Positions 50,646 through 62,280 are shown, numbered from the stretch's first letter. The stretch is DNA of 64,000 nt from an uncultured Gammaproteobacteria bacterium (GCA_942492025.1 CALODJ010000004.1:84226-148225); one strand, 5' to 3'. A program made the numbers and translations. The notes: generated by a model from the sequence alone, not told the origin.

Positions 50646-53573
50646 ATGCCTGCACCGCTGCACGACCCGATTTCAAAAGTAATTGACGAGAACAGTCGCA
50701 TCGAGGTCAAGAACACCACCTGCTATATGTGTGCCTGCCGGTGCGGTATTCGTGTCACCCTGCGAGACGGTGAGGTGCGATATATCGAGGGAAACCCCAA
50801 TCACCCGCTGAATAAGGGTGTGATCTGCGCCAAGGGCGCCTCCGGTATCATGAAGCAGTATTCACCGGCCCGCCTGACCAAACCGCTGTTGCGCAAGCCC
50901 GGCAGCGACCGCGGTGACAATGCATTCGAGGAAATTTCCTGGGACAGGGCATTCGAGATACTGGAGCAACGCCTTGCGCATATTCGTGAGACCGATCCCA
51001 AGCAGTTTGCCCTGATCACCGGTCGCGACCAGATGCAGGCGCTGACCGGCCTGTTCTCCAAGCAGTTTGGCACGCCCAACTACTCTGCACATGGCGGCTT
51101 CTGCTCGGTGAACATGGCGGCTGGCATGATCTACACCATCGGCGGTTCGTTCTGGGAATTCGGCGGCCCTGACCTCGACCGCTCCAAGCTGTTCGTCATG
51201 ATCGGCACCGCCGAGGACCATCATTCCAATCCGATGAAGATCGCGTTGTCGAAATTCAAACGCCAGGGTGGCAAATTCATATCGATCAACCCGGTCCGAA
51301 CCGGCTACTCGGCAATCGCCGACGAGTGGATACCGATCAAGCCCGGCACCGACGGTGCGCTGTTGCTTGCACTGATCAATGAGATCATCAAACAGGGCCT
51401 GTATGATCGCGAGTTCCTGGTCAAGTACAGCAACGCGGCGGAACTGGTCAATATGGATGAAAACTCGACCGAACATGGCATGTTTGTTCGCTTTGAAGTA
51501 CCCAAGGAGGAAGGCTGCTTCGATGCGCAAAATAAATTGTGGTGGGACCGGCATCTGAACAGGCCGATCTCGATGCATACCGAGGGCACCGATCCCTACC
51601 TGCTGGGCGAATTCCAGCTCGATGACGGTACACCGGTGAAGCCGGCGTTTCAGTTGCTGGTGGAACGCGTACGTGAGTACACCGCCGAGTGGGCTGCGGA
51701 CATTACCGGCATACCTGTCGAGACCATCAAGCGCCTCGCCAATGAAATGGGCATCACCGCACGCGATGAAAAAATAGAATTGCCGATCGCATGGACCGAT
51801 ACCTGGGGCAATGAGCACGACCACCTCACCGGCAACCCGGTGGCGTTCCATGCGATGCGCGGGCTGGCCGCGCACTCCAACGGATTCCAGACCATACGTG
51901 CGATGTCGATCCTGATGAGCATCCTCGGCACCATCGACCGCCCGGGTGGCTTCCGTCACAAGGCGCCGTTTCCGCGGCCGATACCGCCGTGCGCCAAGAC
52001 CCCGACCAGCTGGGAGGATGTCCAGCCAAATACACCGCTCAACGGCATGCCATTGGGTTGGCCCGCCGACCCGGATGACCTGTTCGTTGATGATGACGGC
52101 AGGCCCATTCGTCTCGACAAGGCGTTTTCCTGGGAATACCCGCTGGCAGTGCATGGCCTGATGCACAATGCCATCACCAATGCCTGGCGGGGTGACCCGT
52201 ACAGTATCGATACCATGCTGATCTTCATGGCCAACATGGCATGGAATTCGTCGATGAACACCGCGGAAGTGCGCGATATGCTCAATGACAGGGATGAGAA
52301 TGGTGAATACAAGATTCCATTCCTGGTGGTTGCCGATGCGTTCCAGTCAGAGATGGTTGCCTTCGCCGATCTGGTGCTGCCAGATACGACCTATCTCGAG
52401 CGTCACGACGTGATGTCGATGCTGGACCGCCCGATTTCGGAGTTCGATGGGCCGGTCGACTCGGTGCGTATCCCGGTGCTGCCACCGACGGGTGAATGCA
52501 AACCGTTCCAGGAAGTGCTGGTCGAGCTGGGTACGCGTCTGCAGCTGCCGGCCTTTGTGCACGAGGATGGCCGTCGCAAGTACCGTGACTATCCGGATTT
52601 CGTCATCAACTACGAAACGGCGCCCGGTTCGGGTATCGGCTTCCTTGCCGGCTGGCGTGGCCAGGGCGGGGAAAAGTTCATGAAAGGCGAACCCAATCCA
52701 AAGCAGTGGGAAATGTACGAAAAGAACAACTGCGTGTTCCACTACGAATTGCCGAAATCGTACCAGTACATGCGCAACTGGAACCAGGGATATCTTGAAT
52801 GGGCCAAGCGCCACAGCCTGACGCGCTATGCGGAACCGATCAACATCCATATATATTCTGAAATCCTGCAGAAGTTCAGACTCGCGGCACAGGGCAAGTC
52901 CTTTGGCAAACAGCCGCCCGATCATTTGCGCGAGCGCATCGAAACCCATTTCGATCCATTGCCGTTTTTCTCTGAAACCCTTGAAGCGCAACGCACAGAC
53001 CTGCTCAAGTACCCGTTGAATGCGATCACCCAGCGTCCGATGGCGATGTACCATTCATGGGATTCGCAGAATGCATGGCTGCGCCAGATCCACACACATA
53101 ACTATCTGCATGTGAATTTAACAACAGCAGCAGCGGCCGGTATCGAAGACGGCGGCTGGATGTGGGTTGAATCCATGCACGGCAAGGTTCGCTGCATGTG
53201 CCGTTATTCTGAAGCCGTCGAACCCGGCACGGTATGGACCTGGAACGCGATCGGCAAGGCGTCGGGCGCATGGGGCCTTGATGGCAAAGCCAATGAATCG
53301 AAGAAGGGGTTCCTGCTCAATCACCTGATCAGCGAAGAGCTGCCTTCTGACATTGATGGCGAACACCTGTCCAATTCGGACCCGTTGACAGGGCAGGCCG
53401 GCTGGTACGACGTGCGTGTACGAATCTATCCTGCCGCTGCCAATGAACCGGGAGAAACCTGGCCGCAATTTGCGGATGTATCCTGCGTACCGGGGCAATG
53501 CGAAAGCAGGTCGCGTAACAAGTGGCTGAAATATTTTGCCGGCAGGATGCGCAAAACGGGGAGCAAATCATGA
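50646..53573 (+). CDS. soeA: Molybdopterin oxidoreductase catalytic subunit of the DMSO-reductase family, without a Tat signal (SoeA-like sulfite dehydrogenase candidate)
   Basis: 975 aa with an N-terminal FeS0 cluster motif CYMCACRCG…C and good Shine-Dalgarno (GAGGA). The N-terminus MPAPLHDPISK has no RRxFLK twin-arginine motif. It is followed by an FeS subunit and a DmsC/NrfD-type anchor. Sizes match SoeABC (about 109/27/36 kDa). Confidence 0.6.
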   Translation: MPAPLHDPISKVIDENSRIEVKNTTCYMCACRCGIRVTLRDGEVRYIEGNPNHPLNKGVICAKGASGIMKQYSPARLTKPLLRKPGSDRGDNAFEEISWDRAFEILEQRLAHIRETDPKQFALITGRDQMQALTGLFSKQFGTPNYSAHGGFCSVNMAAGMIYTIGGSFWEFGGPDLDRSKLFVMIGTAEDHHSNPMKIALSKFKRQGGKFISINPVRTGYSAIADEWIPIKPGTDGALLLALINEIIKQGLYDREFLVKYSNAAELVNMDENSTEHGMFVRFEVPKEEGCFDAQNKLWWDRHLNRPISMHTEGTDPYLLGEFQLDDGTPVKPAFQLLVERVREYTAEWAADITGIPVETIKRLANEMGITARDEKIELPIAWTDTWGNEHDHLTGNPVAFHAMRGLAAHSNGFQTIRAMSILMSILGTIDRPGGFRHKAPFPRPIPPCAKTPTSWEDVQPNTPLNGMPLGWPADPDDLFVDDDGRPIRLDKAFSWEYPLAVHGLMHNAITNAWRGDPYSIDTMLIFMANMAWNSSMNTAEVRDMLNDRDENGEYKIPFLVVADAFQSEMVAFADLVLPDTTYLERHDVMSMLDRPISEFDGPVDSVRIPVLPPTGECKPFQEVLVELGTRLQLPAFVHEDGRRKYRDYPDFVINYETAPGSGIGFLAGWRGQGGEKFMKGEPNPKQWEMYEKNNCVFHYELPKSYQYMRNWNQGYLEWAKRHSLTRYAEPINIHIYSEILQKFRLAAQGKSFGKQPPDHLRERIETHFDPLPFFSETLEAQRTDLLKYPLNAITQRPMAMYHSWDSQNAWLRQIHTHNYLHVNLTTAAAAGIEDGGWMWVESMHGKVRCMCRYSEAVEPGTVWTWNAIGKASGAWGLDGKANESKKGFLLNHLISEELPSDIDGEHLSNSDPLTGQAGWYDVRVRIYPAAANEPGETWPQFADVSCVPGQCESRSRNKWLKYFAGRMRKTGSKS

Positions 53574-54301
53574 AGCAGCTCGCACTGGTGATTGATCTCA
53601 ATGTATGCGTTGGCTGCCACGCCTGTGTGACCAGCTGCAAGGAATGGAACACTTCAGGTCCCGCCGGCTTCATGTCGGATATGAATCCGTACGATGCTGA
53701 TCCGACCGGTACATTTTTTAACCGCGTACAGACCTTCGAAATCGGCACTTACCCGAATACCGAAACCGTGCACTTCCCGAAGAGCTGCCTGCATTGCGAG
53801 GACCCGCCCTGCGTCCCGGTATGCCCGACCGGCGCCAGTTACAAGCGCAAGGAAGACGGCATCGTGCTGGTCGATTACGACAAGTGCATCGGCTGTAAAT
53901 ATTGTTCCTGGGCCTGCCCCTACGGTGCGCGTGAGCTGGATGAAAACCAGAAAGTGATGAAGAAGTGCACCCTGTGTGTCGACCGTATCTATGACGAGTC
54001 CCTGCCCGAGTCGGAAAGGAAACCCGCCTGCGTGCTTGCATGTCCGACCAGTGCGCGTCTGTTTGGTGATGTGAATGAGCCTGATTCCGTTGTGTCTACC
54101 GCCATTCGTGACAACGGTGGTTACCAGTTGATGCCGGAATGGGGCACCAACCCGGCAAATCATTATCTGCCGCGCCGCAAGACACAGATAACGATTCACG
54201 AGGATGAGCTGATCCGTGTGGACAATCCGTTGAAGAAAGAACGCCAGCTGCCGATGCCGGATGCGGACGAGCAGACACTCGATGACATCACCAGCTGGTA
54301 A
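53570..54301 (+). CDS. soeB: 4x[4Fe-4S] ferredoxin subunit (DmsB/SoeB-like)
   Basis: Its start overlaps the soeA stop (ATGA). Cys clusters: CVGCHACVTSC, CLHCEDPPCVPVCP, CIGCKYCSWACP, and CTLC...CVLACP. Confidence 0.7.
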   Translation: MKQLALVIDLNVCVGCHACVTSCKEWNTSGPAGFMSDMNPYDADPTGTFFNRVQTFEIGTYPNTETVHFPKSCLHCEDPPCVPVCPTGASYKRKEDGIVLVDYDKCIGCKYCSWACPYGARELDENQKVMKKCTLCVDRIYDESLPESERKPACVLACPTSARLFGDVNEPDSVVSTAIRDNGGYQLMPEWGTNPANHYLPRRKTQITIHEDELIRVDNPLKKERQLPMPDADEQTLDDITSW

Positions 54302-54339
54302 CAATGAATTTGAAAAATATTTGAAATGGAGTTGAATTA

Positions 54340-55317
54340 ATGCATCCTGCATTTTCAGTAATATTTTTAACCACCCTGATTGGTGTTGGCCAGGGGCTGT
54401 TTCTTGCGCTCTACACCGGGCAATTGTATTCAGTGGTCAATGTGCTACCGGTGCAGGACTCAGATAGCTTTTACGGCCTGGGCAGCTTGCTGGCGCTGGT
54501 GTTTCTGGTGGGCGGCCTGATCGCTTCTGTTTTTCATCTCGGCAGGCCGGAGCGGGCCTGGCGCACCGCCACACAATGGCGCAGCTCGTGGTTGTCGCGT
54601 GAAGTCATTGTACTGCCGGCGTTCATGGGGCTGACGGCGCTGTATGGCCTAATTCACTACTTTGACCTGAACCCGGTTTTGTTCAGTTTCAGCGGTGAAT
54701 TTATCGTCGATCTTTCGCTGGTTGTCGGCGGCGTTAATACCGTGCTGGCCTTTGCGCTGTTTTTCTGCACCGGTATGATCTACGCCTGCGTCAAATTCTT
54801 GCAGGAATGGGCGACACCGCTAACCGTGGTCAATTTCACGCTGCTGGGTTCCGCTTCCGGTTTCGCCCTGGCAACCGCCTTCGCTGCGTATACCGGGTCC
54901 GATCTGGTCGCCTTTTATGGCGCCTGGGCGGTAATTATCACGCTGGCTGCCTTTGTCTCGCGGATATCATCCCTGCTGCGCAATGCGACCATCAAATATA
55001 AATCCAGTCTACGCTCTGCCATTGGTATACGTCATGCACGCATCGAACAGAAGTCATGTGGCTTCATGGGGGGGTCGTTTAATACGCGTGAGTATTTTCA
55101 TGGTGCGTCGAAACGGGTGTTCCGTTCCGTCAAATGGCTGTTTCTACTACTGGTGTTCCCGGTGCCGGTGTTGCTGATCGCCATCGGGCTGGGCGCTGAC
55201 CTTTTCATGATACTTGCCTTCGCATTTGTCATTCAGTATGTCGGCCTGCTTGCCGAACGCTGGTTCTTCTTTGCCCAGGCAAGGCATCCGCAAAACCTGT
55301 ATTACCAAACGGTTTAA
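54340..55317 (+). CDS. soeC: DmsC/NrfD-family membrane anchor subunit (SoeC-like)
   Basis: 325 aa, ~8 TM helices, with the DmsC-like N-terminus MHPAFSVIFLTTLIGVGQGLFLAL. Confidence 0.65.
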   Translation: MHPAFSVIFLTTLIGVGQGLFLALYTGQLYSVVNVLPVQDSDSFYGLGSLLALVFLVGGLIASVFHLGRPERAWRTATQWRSSWLSREVIVLPAFMGLTALYGLIHYFDLNPVLFSFSGEFIVDLSLVVGGVNTVLAFALFFCTGMIYACVKFLQEWATPLTVVNFTLLGSASGFALATAFAAYTGSDLVAFYGAWAVIITLAAFVSRISSLLRNATIKYKSSLRSAIGIRHARIEQKSCGFMGGSFNTREYFHGASKRVFRSVKWLFLLLVFPVPVLLIAIGLGADLFMILAFAFVIQYVGLLAERWFFFAQARHPQNLYYQTV

Positions 55318-55365
55318 AGATTCGTTTTATTACCGTAAAGTCCACAAAAAAGGCTACCGATGTTT

Positions 55366-55486
55366 ACCTGCAGAGCGCAGAGAACGCTTCACGTTTTCGG
55401 AGCGACTTTAGTCGCGAACATCTGCAACTCGCGACTAAAGTCGCTCGCGGAATCAAGGATCTATACGTCTCCGCGCCTCTGCGGTT
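55366..55486. mobile_element. 121-bp MITE of the GCAGAG(C/G)GCAGAG family with an internal 16-bp perfect stem
   Basis: Terminal inverted repeats ACCTGCAGAGCGCAGAGAACG and CGTCTCCGCGCCTCTGCGGTT. The internal palindrome is GCGACTTTAGTCGCGA…TCGCGACTAAAGTCGC (55402–55444). Confidence 0.6.
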
Positions 55487-55630
55487 AATATAGAAAATTT
55501 GTTTACGCTTTGCTGTTCATTTTTACGGTATTTTTTCTCTGTGCACCTGTCGTTGTTGTACTACGCTTATACACAGCGTAACAGAAAACAGTTAAACCTA
55601 AATACCGCAGTTGATCGCTATTACCACAAG

Positions 55631-55870
55631 CCCGTATTTCTCACCAGTCGGTGTAGGATACTGATAAGGCATTGGTCCTTAGGAGAAAGCCAGGTTGATC
55701 AGAAATGCAGTGCGTTCTTCAAGCGAGCCTATCACGGTTCAGGCTGGTCTGCGTGTCCGTAAGCTGGCTCTTCACTCAAACCGTAGCTATTGCTACGCTT
55801 TTCGCTCCAGAGCGGCGCTTACGAACACGAATCCTGCGCCTGCTCCCGTGATCCTGGTGAGAAATGCGGG
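55631..55870 (+). mobile_element. 240-bp IS5-like MITE, copy C
   Basis: Terminal inverted repeats CCCGTATTTCTCACCAG and CTGGTGAGAAATGCGGG, flanked by CAAG (55627–55630) and CTAG (55871–55874). It is ~90% identical to copy A. The ORF 55790..56050 (MLRFSLQSGAYEHESCACSRD…) is a repeat artefact. Confidence 0.7.
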
Positions 55871-56083
55871 CTAGTCAACACTATGATTATTAGAATAATT
55901 ATGCAGTATTTGATGTTCACCCAACAGGTGAGTCGCTACACAGTTCATCGCCGCCCCTCAAGCGCCATGGCGGCGTTGCAACTTTTGCCAAGGACTGCGG
56001 CCATTGGCTGCAAGTCGCGCCTTGCCCTTGCGCTTGAGGAACAACGCTAAATCTGCGTTCAACTGCGGAATCCAGGTTAAATC

Positions 56084-57556
56084 ATGCCGGAACAAAAAGA
56101 TCTTGAACTGCTGATTGACGGCCATACGCCGATTTTGCAGATCGAGACCCACGAAGAGAAGCGCGCCCTTGACCTGCTTGTCAGAGTCGCAACCCAACAT
56201 TTCATCCCAGTATTCAAGTGGTCGGTCACCGAGGGTCTGAGACGGATCGATATCGATCTCGGCGTGCAGCGGCACAATGCGGAGCCCAAGGATGTGCTCG
56301 GTCATATCAAGTCATCCAAAGTTGATGGCATCTATGTCATGCTGGATTTTGATCCCTATATTCAGGATCCGGTTAATGAGCGCTATATCAAAGAAATAGC
56401 GATGCAGTACGAGGGCACCCGAAACAAACTGGTGTTTATTAGTCACAAAATCGCTATGCCCGCCGGCCTGGCCAAGCGTGTTGCCAGGTTTGAATTGAAG
56501 CTGCCTGATGCGTCTGCTCTGGAACAGCTTGTGCGTGAAGAAGCGCTAAAGTGGCAGAAGGAATCCGGCAAACAGGTGACGACGAATGCAAAAGTACTGC
56601 AGCGCCTGGTGAAAAACCTGTCTGGACTGACCATCAGCGATGCCCGGCGTCTGGTACGAAATGTTATCGTCGATGATGATGCAATTACCGAAGATGATCT
56701 ACCCGAAATCATGCGTGCCAAGTATCAGCTACTCAATCGCGAGGATGTGCTGTCTTTCGAATTTGAAACGACGCGCTTCTCTGAAGTCGGTGGCATGCGT
56801 AAGCTCAAACGCTGGCTAGAACAGCGCGAGAACATATTTCATGGCCTGATCGATGGCCATGCGCTGGATAAACCCAGGGGTGTCTTGCTGCTCGGTGTCC
56901 AGGGTTGCGGTAAGAGCCTGGCGGCCAAGGCGATAGCCGGTGTCTGGCAGGTACCCTTGTTGCGGTTCGACTTTGGCGCGTTATACGATAAGTACATTGG
57001 CGAGTCTGAGAGGAACCTGAGGGAGTCGCTCAGGACCGCAGAAGTCATGGCGCCGTGCGTGATGTGGATCGATGAGATCGAGAAAGGCGTATCAGGCGGG
57101 AATGATGATGGTACGTCAAAACGCATTCTGGGCTCACTGCTGACATGGTTGGCAGAAAACAGGGAGCATGTGTTTATTGTCGCGACAGCCAATAATATCG
57201 ATGATTTGCCGCCGGAGCTGATACGCAAGGGACGACTCGATGAGATATTTTTCGTGGATTTACCGAAGCCGGATGTGCGTAAACAGATCTTTGCTATTCA
57301 TCTGGCCAAACGCCAGATAAACCGGCCTGAAATCGACCTGGCCAGGCTTGCAGCTGAAACCGATGGTTTTTCGGGAGCGGAAATCGAGCAAGCGGTTGTC
57401 AGTGCGGTGTACGGCAGTTACGGTACTGGAGAGCCCATTACCGAAGAGGGTCTGCTGGCTGAGATCAAGACAACCCGGCCGCTGTCTGTGGTGATGGATG
57501 CGCAAATACATCAGCTGAAGCAGTGGGCCGAGAGCCGAACGGTGCCGGTTGATTAG
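56084..57556 (+). CDS. Classic-clade AAA+ ATPase (CDC48/FtsH-type AAA module) with a ~250-aa N-terminal domain of unknown function
   Basis: Walker A GVLLLGVQGCGKSLAA, Walker B CVMWIDEIEKG, and SRH/arginine fingers VFIVATANNIDDLPPELIRKGRLDEIF; 490 aa with a single gene start at 56084. MITEs lie immediately upstream. Confidence 0.8.
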   Translation: MPEQKDLELLIDGHTPILQIETHEEKRALDLLVRVATQHFIPVFKWSVTEGLRRIDIDLGVQRHNAEPKDVLGHIKSSKVDGIYVMLDFDPYIQDPVNERYIKEIAMQYEGTRNKLVFISHKIAMPAGLAKRVARFELKLPDASALEQLVREEALKWQKESGKQVTTNAKVLQRLVKNLSGLTISDARRLVRNVIVDDDAITEDDLPEIMRAKYQLLNREDVLSFEFETTRFSEVGGMRKLKRWLEQRENIFHGLIDGHALDKPRGVLLLGVQGCGKSLAAKAIAGVWQVPLLRFDFGALYDKYIGESERNLRESLRTAEVMAPCVMWIDEIEKGVSGGNDDGTSKRILGSLLTWLAENREHVFIVATANNIDDLPPELIRKGRLDEIFFVDLPKPDVRKQIFAIHLAKRQINRPEIDLARLAAETDGFSGAEIEQAVVSAVYGSYGTGEPITEEGLLAEIKTTRPLSVVMDAQIHQLKQWAESRTVPVD

Positions 57557-57733
57557 GGGATATTCACCGCAGCGGTTACATCATCTGTTAATACGTGCTG
57601 TATCCAAACCAGCCCGGATGTTGCACGAAGGCGGGCATGCAATGTTAAGGACTAGTCGATATTTCAATAAGCTACGCTCGATTTTACGAGGTATTGCTCG
57701 CTTACGGTTTGTCCTATTCGTGCAACATTATGT

Positions 57734-58249
57734 CTAGTACGTCGTGCTATAACCAATCTTGCGCTGGATATCACGCATGATGATATAGATCCACGGCCAC
57801 AGCACCGCGCCGGTAACACAGGGCATAAAGAACAGCCAGGTATGCGGTGCGTGGCCGACGATGCCGCTCACCCAGAGCACAATCAACTGCTTCAGCAGCA
57901 GCAGGAAAAAGATAACGATGGCTTGTTGCAACAGTGAGGCCACGCGTAATCGCTGGTGTTGTATGTGGACAATATAAATCACCAGCACTAGCCCCAGTGC
58001 ATTCTGGCCAAGAATAGCGCCGTGACTGACATCCAGCATCAAGCCTGCCATCCAGGCGAGAGTGACACCCGTTTTTGCGGGTGAAGTCATGGCCCAGTAG
58101 ATCATGGCCAGTGTTACCCAATCGGGTCTGAACTCGATGGCCCAATCGGGCAGGGGAATGATTGCCAGCATAAAGGCGACGAATATCGTCAGGCTTGCTG
58201 CCTTGAAATTACTCGCTCGCATCGACAGCCTCCTCTGAGGCTTGCTCAA
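57734..58249 (-). CDS. mreD: Rod-shape-determining protein MreD
   Basis: 171 aa and polytopic (IFVAFMLAIIPLPDW…). It follows mreC on the same strand. Confidence 0.8.
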   Translation of the reverse strand: MSKPQRRLSMRASNFKAASLTIFVAFMLAIIPLPDWAIEFRPDWVTLAMIYWAMTSPAKTGVTLAWMAGLMLDVSHGAILGQNALGLVLVIYIVHIQHQRLRVASLLQQAIVIFFLLLLKQLIVLWVSGIVGHAPHTWLFFMPCVTGAVLWPWIYIIMRDIQRKIGYSTTY

Positions 58250-59150
58250 CGCTTTCTTCGGTGGACGCCTCGACAGCCTGCTGCTCTATTTCCTCGTCGA
58301 CCGACTCGATTTCGGGCGTGGAATGTTGATGACGTTGAGTCCACACCAGTAGAACCTCACGGCTGGTATCGAGTTGTGCCAGCGGTTCAGCGCGCACGTC
58401 GACAAAGGTTTCACCGGTGTCACGATCGATCCGGGTTATGGTGGCGACGGGGTAATTTCTTGGAAAGCGTTCACCGAGTCCGGACGAAATCAACTTGTCG
58501 CCGACCTGAATATCGGCGTTATGGGGTATGTGTCGGAGGTCGAGATAATCAGTCTGCCCGGTTCCAAAGGCGACACTTCGCAGGCCTGTACGATCAATCT
58601 GAACCGGTATTGCATGACTGACATCGGAGATCAGCATGGCTGTCGATGTCATTGCATTGACGTAGACAATTTGTCCCATGACGCCGTGCGCATCGATGAT
58701 GGGCTGACCTCTGTAAACGCCATATTTGGCGCCCTTGTTGAGTACAATGAAATGCCGGTACGGGTCAACATCAACCGCCACAATCTCTGCGATCAGATGG
58801 TCCTCTGGGGTTTTCGGTGTGGCAGACAATAACTGGCGCAGCCGTTCATTTTCCTTTTCCAGAATATCCAGTTTCTGTAATTGAACCCGGCTTTGCAACT
58901 GCATATCTTTGAGGTGCTGGTTTTCCTGCAGCAGCGTCTGGTGAGCGCTCAGATTTTCCTGGCCCCAGTAGTAAAGCCGAATCGGCAGGTCGACGACATA
59001 TTCGACCGGATAGAGCAGATAGGACAGGGTATTGCGCACAGTATCCAGATGTTGCCAGCGATGATCGGCTGTCATCAGAATAATAGACAGAATGACCAGG
59101 ATGATCATGCGCAGGGTGACAGCGGGGCCTCTTAGAAAAAGCGTTTGCAT
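58209..59150 (-). CDS. mreC: Rod-shape-determining protein MreC
   Basis: TM helix, coiled coil (LQSRVQLQKLDILEKENERLRQLL), two beta-rich domains, and an acidic C-tail; 313 aa. Confidence 0.85.
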   Translation of the reverse strand: MQTLFLRGPAVTLRMIILVILSIILMTADHRWQHLDTVRNTLSYLLYPVEYVVDLPIRLYYWGQENLSAHQTLLQENQHLKDMQLQSRVQLQKLDILEKENERLRQLLSATPKTPEDHLIAEIVAVDVDPYRHFIVLNKGAKYGVYRGQPIIDAHGVMGQIVYVNAMTSTAMLISDVSHAIPVQIDRTGLRSVAFGTGQTDYLDLRHIPHNADIQVGDKLISSGLGERFPRNYPVATITRIDRDTGETFVDVRAEPLAQLDTSREVLLVWTQRHQHSTPEIESVDEEIEQQAVEASTEESVEQASEEAVDASE

Positions 59151-59197
59151 GGCTTCAGCAACACGAAACAGGCTTCGGGAGTGACATCATGCCATCC

Positions 59198-60262
<1,065 letters not shown>

Positions 60263-60513
60263 TTAAGAGTAAAAATTATAATTATTATGCTTATGATATG
60301 AATATATAGGCCATTTGAACGTGTTTGGCCAAAAACTGCGCGTACTCTATCAATCGCTATCCTGCAGGGCAAGCAAAATCCCTGTTAAAACGTCTTCAGC
60401 GGCCTGTTTCGGAAGAGTCGCAGCCCGGTTTGTGCTAACATCCCGCCTCTTGTTATTGAGGCTGGTATTAGCCTGAAATACAGTGCTGGTTTACAACTGC
60501 ATATGGAGACCTG

Positions 60514-60801
60514 ATGTCACTCGATACTGATGATATAAAATCGATCGCCCAGCTTGCCCGACTCAAGATTGATGAAGCCGATGTGCCCGGCTACGCGACC
60601 AATTTATCCAACATTCTCGACCTGGTTGAGCAAATGAATTCGGTCGATACCGAAGGTGTCATCCCGATGTCTCACCCGCTCGATGTCGTGCAGCGGCTGC
60701 GCGAAGATGAAGTCACCGAGACCAATCAACGCGATGCGTTTCAGAAGGTGGCACCGGCAACCCAGGATGGTCTTTACCTGGTGCCCCGGGTTATTGAATA
60801 A
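60514..60801 (+). CDS. gatC: Glu-tRNA(Gln) amidotransferase subunit C
   Basis: MSLDTDDIKSIAQLARLKIDEADV; 95 aa; divergent from mreB, as in Pseudomonas. Confidence 0.9.
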   Translation: MSLDTDDIKSIAQLARLKIDEADVPGYATNLSNILDLVEQMNSVDTEGVIPMSHPLDVVQRLREDEVTETNQRDAFQKVAPATQDGLYLVPRVIE

Positions 60802-60816
60802 GCCGGGGTTGCGCGA

Positions 60817-62280
60817 ATGAGGCATTTCCACGATAAAACGCTCGCAGAGTTATCCGCCTTGTTACAGGCGGGTGATGTCAGCAGCAGTGAGCTGACGGAG
60901 AGTTATCTGGCACGTATCAAACAGTATGACGCGACCCTCAATACGTTCATTACTGTTGTCGAAGATCAGGCGATGCAACAGGCGAGCGAAGCTGATAAGG
61001 CACTGAAAGCGGGCGGGGCTGGTGTGTTAACCGGCGTGCCGATCGCTCACAAGGATATATTTTGTACCCAGGGTATCAGAACCAGTTGCGGTTCGAAAAT
61101 GCTGGATAACTTCATCTCGCCCTATGATGCGACCGTGGTCAAAAAATTCAAAAAGGCTGGCGCGATTACCCTGGGCAAGACCAATATGGATGAGTTCGCC
61201 ATGGGCTCGTCAAACGAAACCAGTTATTACGGCCCGGTCAGAAACCCCTGGAACACTGACACGGTGCCTGGTGGCTCTTCAGGTGGCTCGGCGGCGGCAG
61301 TTGCATCAAGGTTGACACCGGCCGCGACAGGTACTGATACCGGCGGCTCGATAAGACAACCGGCGGCGTTGTGCGGCATTACCGGACTGAAGCCGACATA
61401 CGGTCTGGTATCACGCTACGGCATGATCGCTTTTGCGTCCAGTCTTGATCAGGCCGGTCCAATGGCCCAAAGTGCAGAGGATTGTGCATTGATGTTGAAC
61501 ACCATGGCCGGTTTCGATGAAAAGGACTCGACCAGTCTCGAAAAAACAATCCCGGATTACACGGCGGGGCTGAAAAATTCCATCGAGGGTTTGCGTATCG
61601 GATTGCCCAGGGAGTATTTTGACGAGGGGCTGAATGACGGTGTCAGGGGGGTCATACAGGCAGCGCTAGATACGTACCATGATATGGGTGCCGAGCTGGT
61701 CGATATTACGCTGCCGAATTCTGGCCTGTCTGTTCCGGTTTATTATGTCGTCGCGCCGGCTGAATGCTCGGCCAACCTGTCTCGGTTCGATGGGGTGCGT
61801 TACGGCTATCGCTGTGAGGATCCGCGTGATCTGTTCGATTTATATACACGCTCGCGCGGTGAAGGTTTCGGTGCTGAAGTCAAACGCCGCATCATGGTGG
61901 GTACCTATGCTTTATCCGCCGGCTATTACGATGCCTACTATTTGAAGGCGCAGCAATTAAGGCATTTGATCAGCGATGATTTCAAGGCGGCCTTTAACAG
62001 CGTTGACGTCATCATGGGGCCGGCATCACCGGGTCCGGCGTTCAAGCTCGGTGAGAAGGCAGAAGATCCCATTTCAATGTATTTGTCAGATATATACACC
62101 ATCGCAGTCAACCTGGCCGGCCTGCCCGGCATATCCGTACCCGCTGGATTTACTGATAACAAACCTGTCGGTCTACAGATCATCGGCAACTATTTCGAAG
62201 AAAGCCGCCTGTTGAATGTCGCCCACACGTACCAGCAACACACCGACTGGCACCGGCAGATACCTGACGGGTATAAATAA
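60817..62280 (+). CDS. gatA: Glu-tRNA(Gln) amidotransferase subunit A
   Basis: Amidase signature [12 protein letters not shown]…[12 protein letters not shown]; 487 aa. Confidence 0.9.
   Translation: MRHFHDKTLAELSALLQAGDVSSSELTESYLARIKQYDATLNTFITVVEDQAMQQASEADKALKAGGAGVLTGVPIAHKDIFCTQGIRTSCGSKMLDNFISPYDATVVKKFKKAGAITLGKTNMDEFAMGSSNETSYYGPVRNPWNTDTVPGGSSGGSAAAVASRLTPAATGTDTGGSIRQPAALCGITGLKPTYGLVSRYGMIAFASSLDQAGPMAQSAEDCALMLNTMAGFDEKDSTSLEKTIPDYTAGLKNSIEGLRIGLPREYFDEGLNDGVRGVIQAALDTYHDMGAELVDITLPNSGLSVPVYYVVAPAECSANLSRFDGVRYGYRCEDPRDLFDLYTRSRGEGFGAEVKRRIMVGTYALSAGYYDAYYLKAQQLRHLISDDFKAAFNSVDVIMGPASPGPAFKLGEKAEDPISMYLSDIYTIAVNLAGLPGISVPAGFTDNKPVGLQIIGNYFEESRLLNVAHTYQQHTDWHRQIPDGYK

Noticed and set aside
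50862-52166. 434-aa minus-strand ORF, with other long antisense ORFs inside soeA/soeB (52347..53054, 53654..54352)
   Set aside because: They are antisense to a confidently assigned molybdoenzyme gene and are GC-rich Arg/Ala/Gly-biased translations typical of shadow frames. The same applies to 46408..47088 (antisense to rep), 34801..35442 (dusA), 42385..43238 (trpG/trpD), 6985..7602 (aroB) and 16581..17304 (M16).
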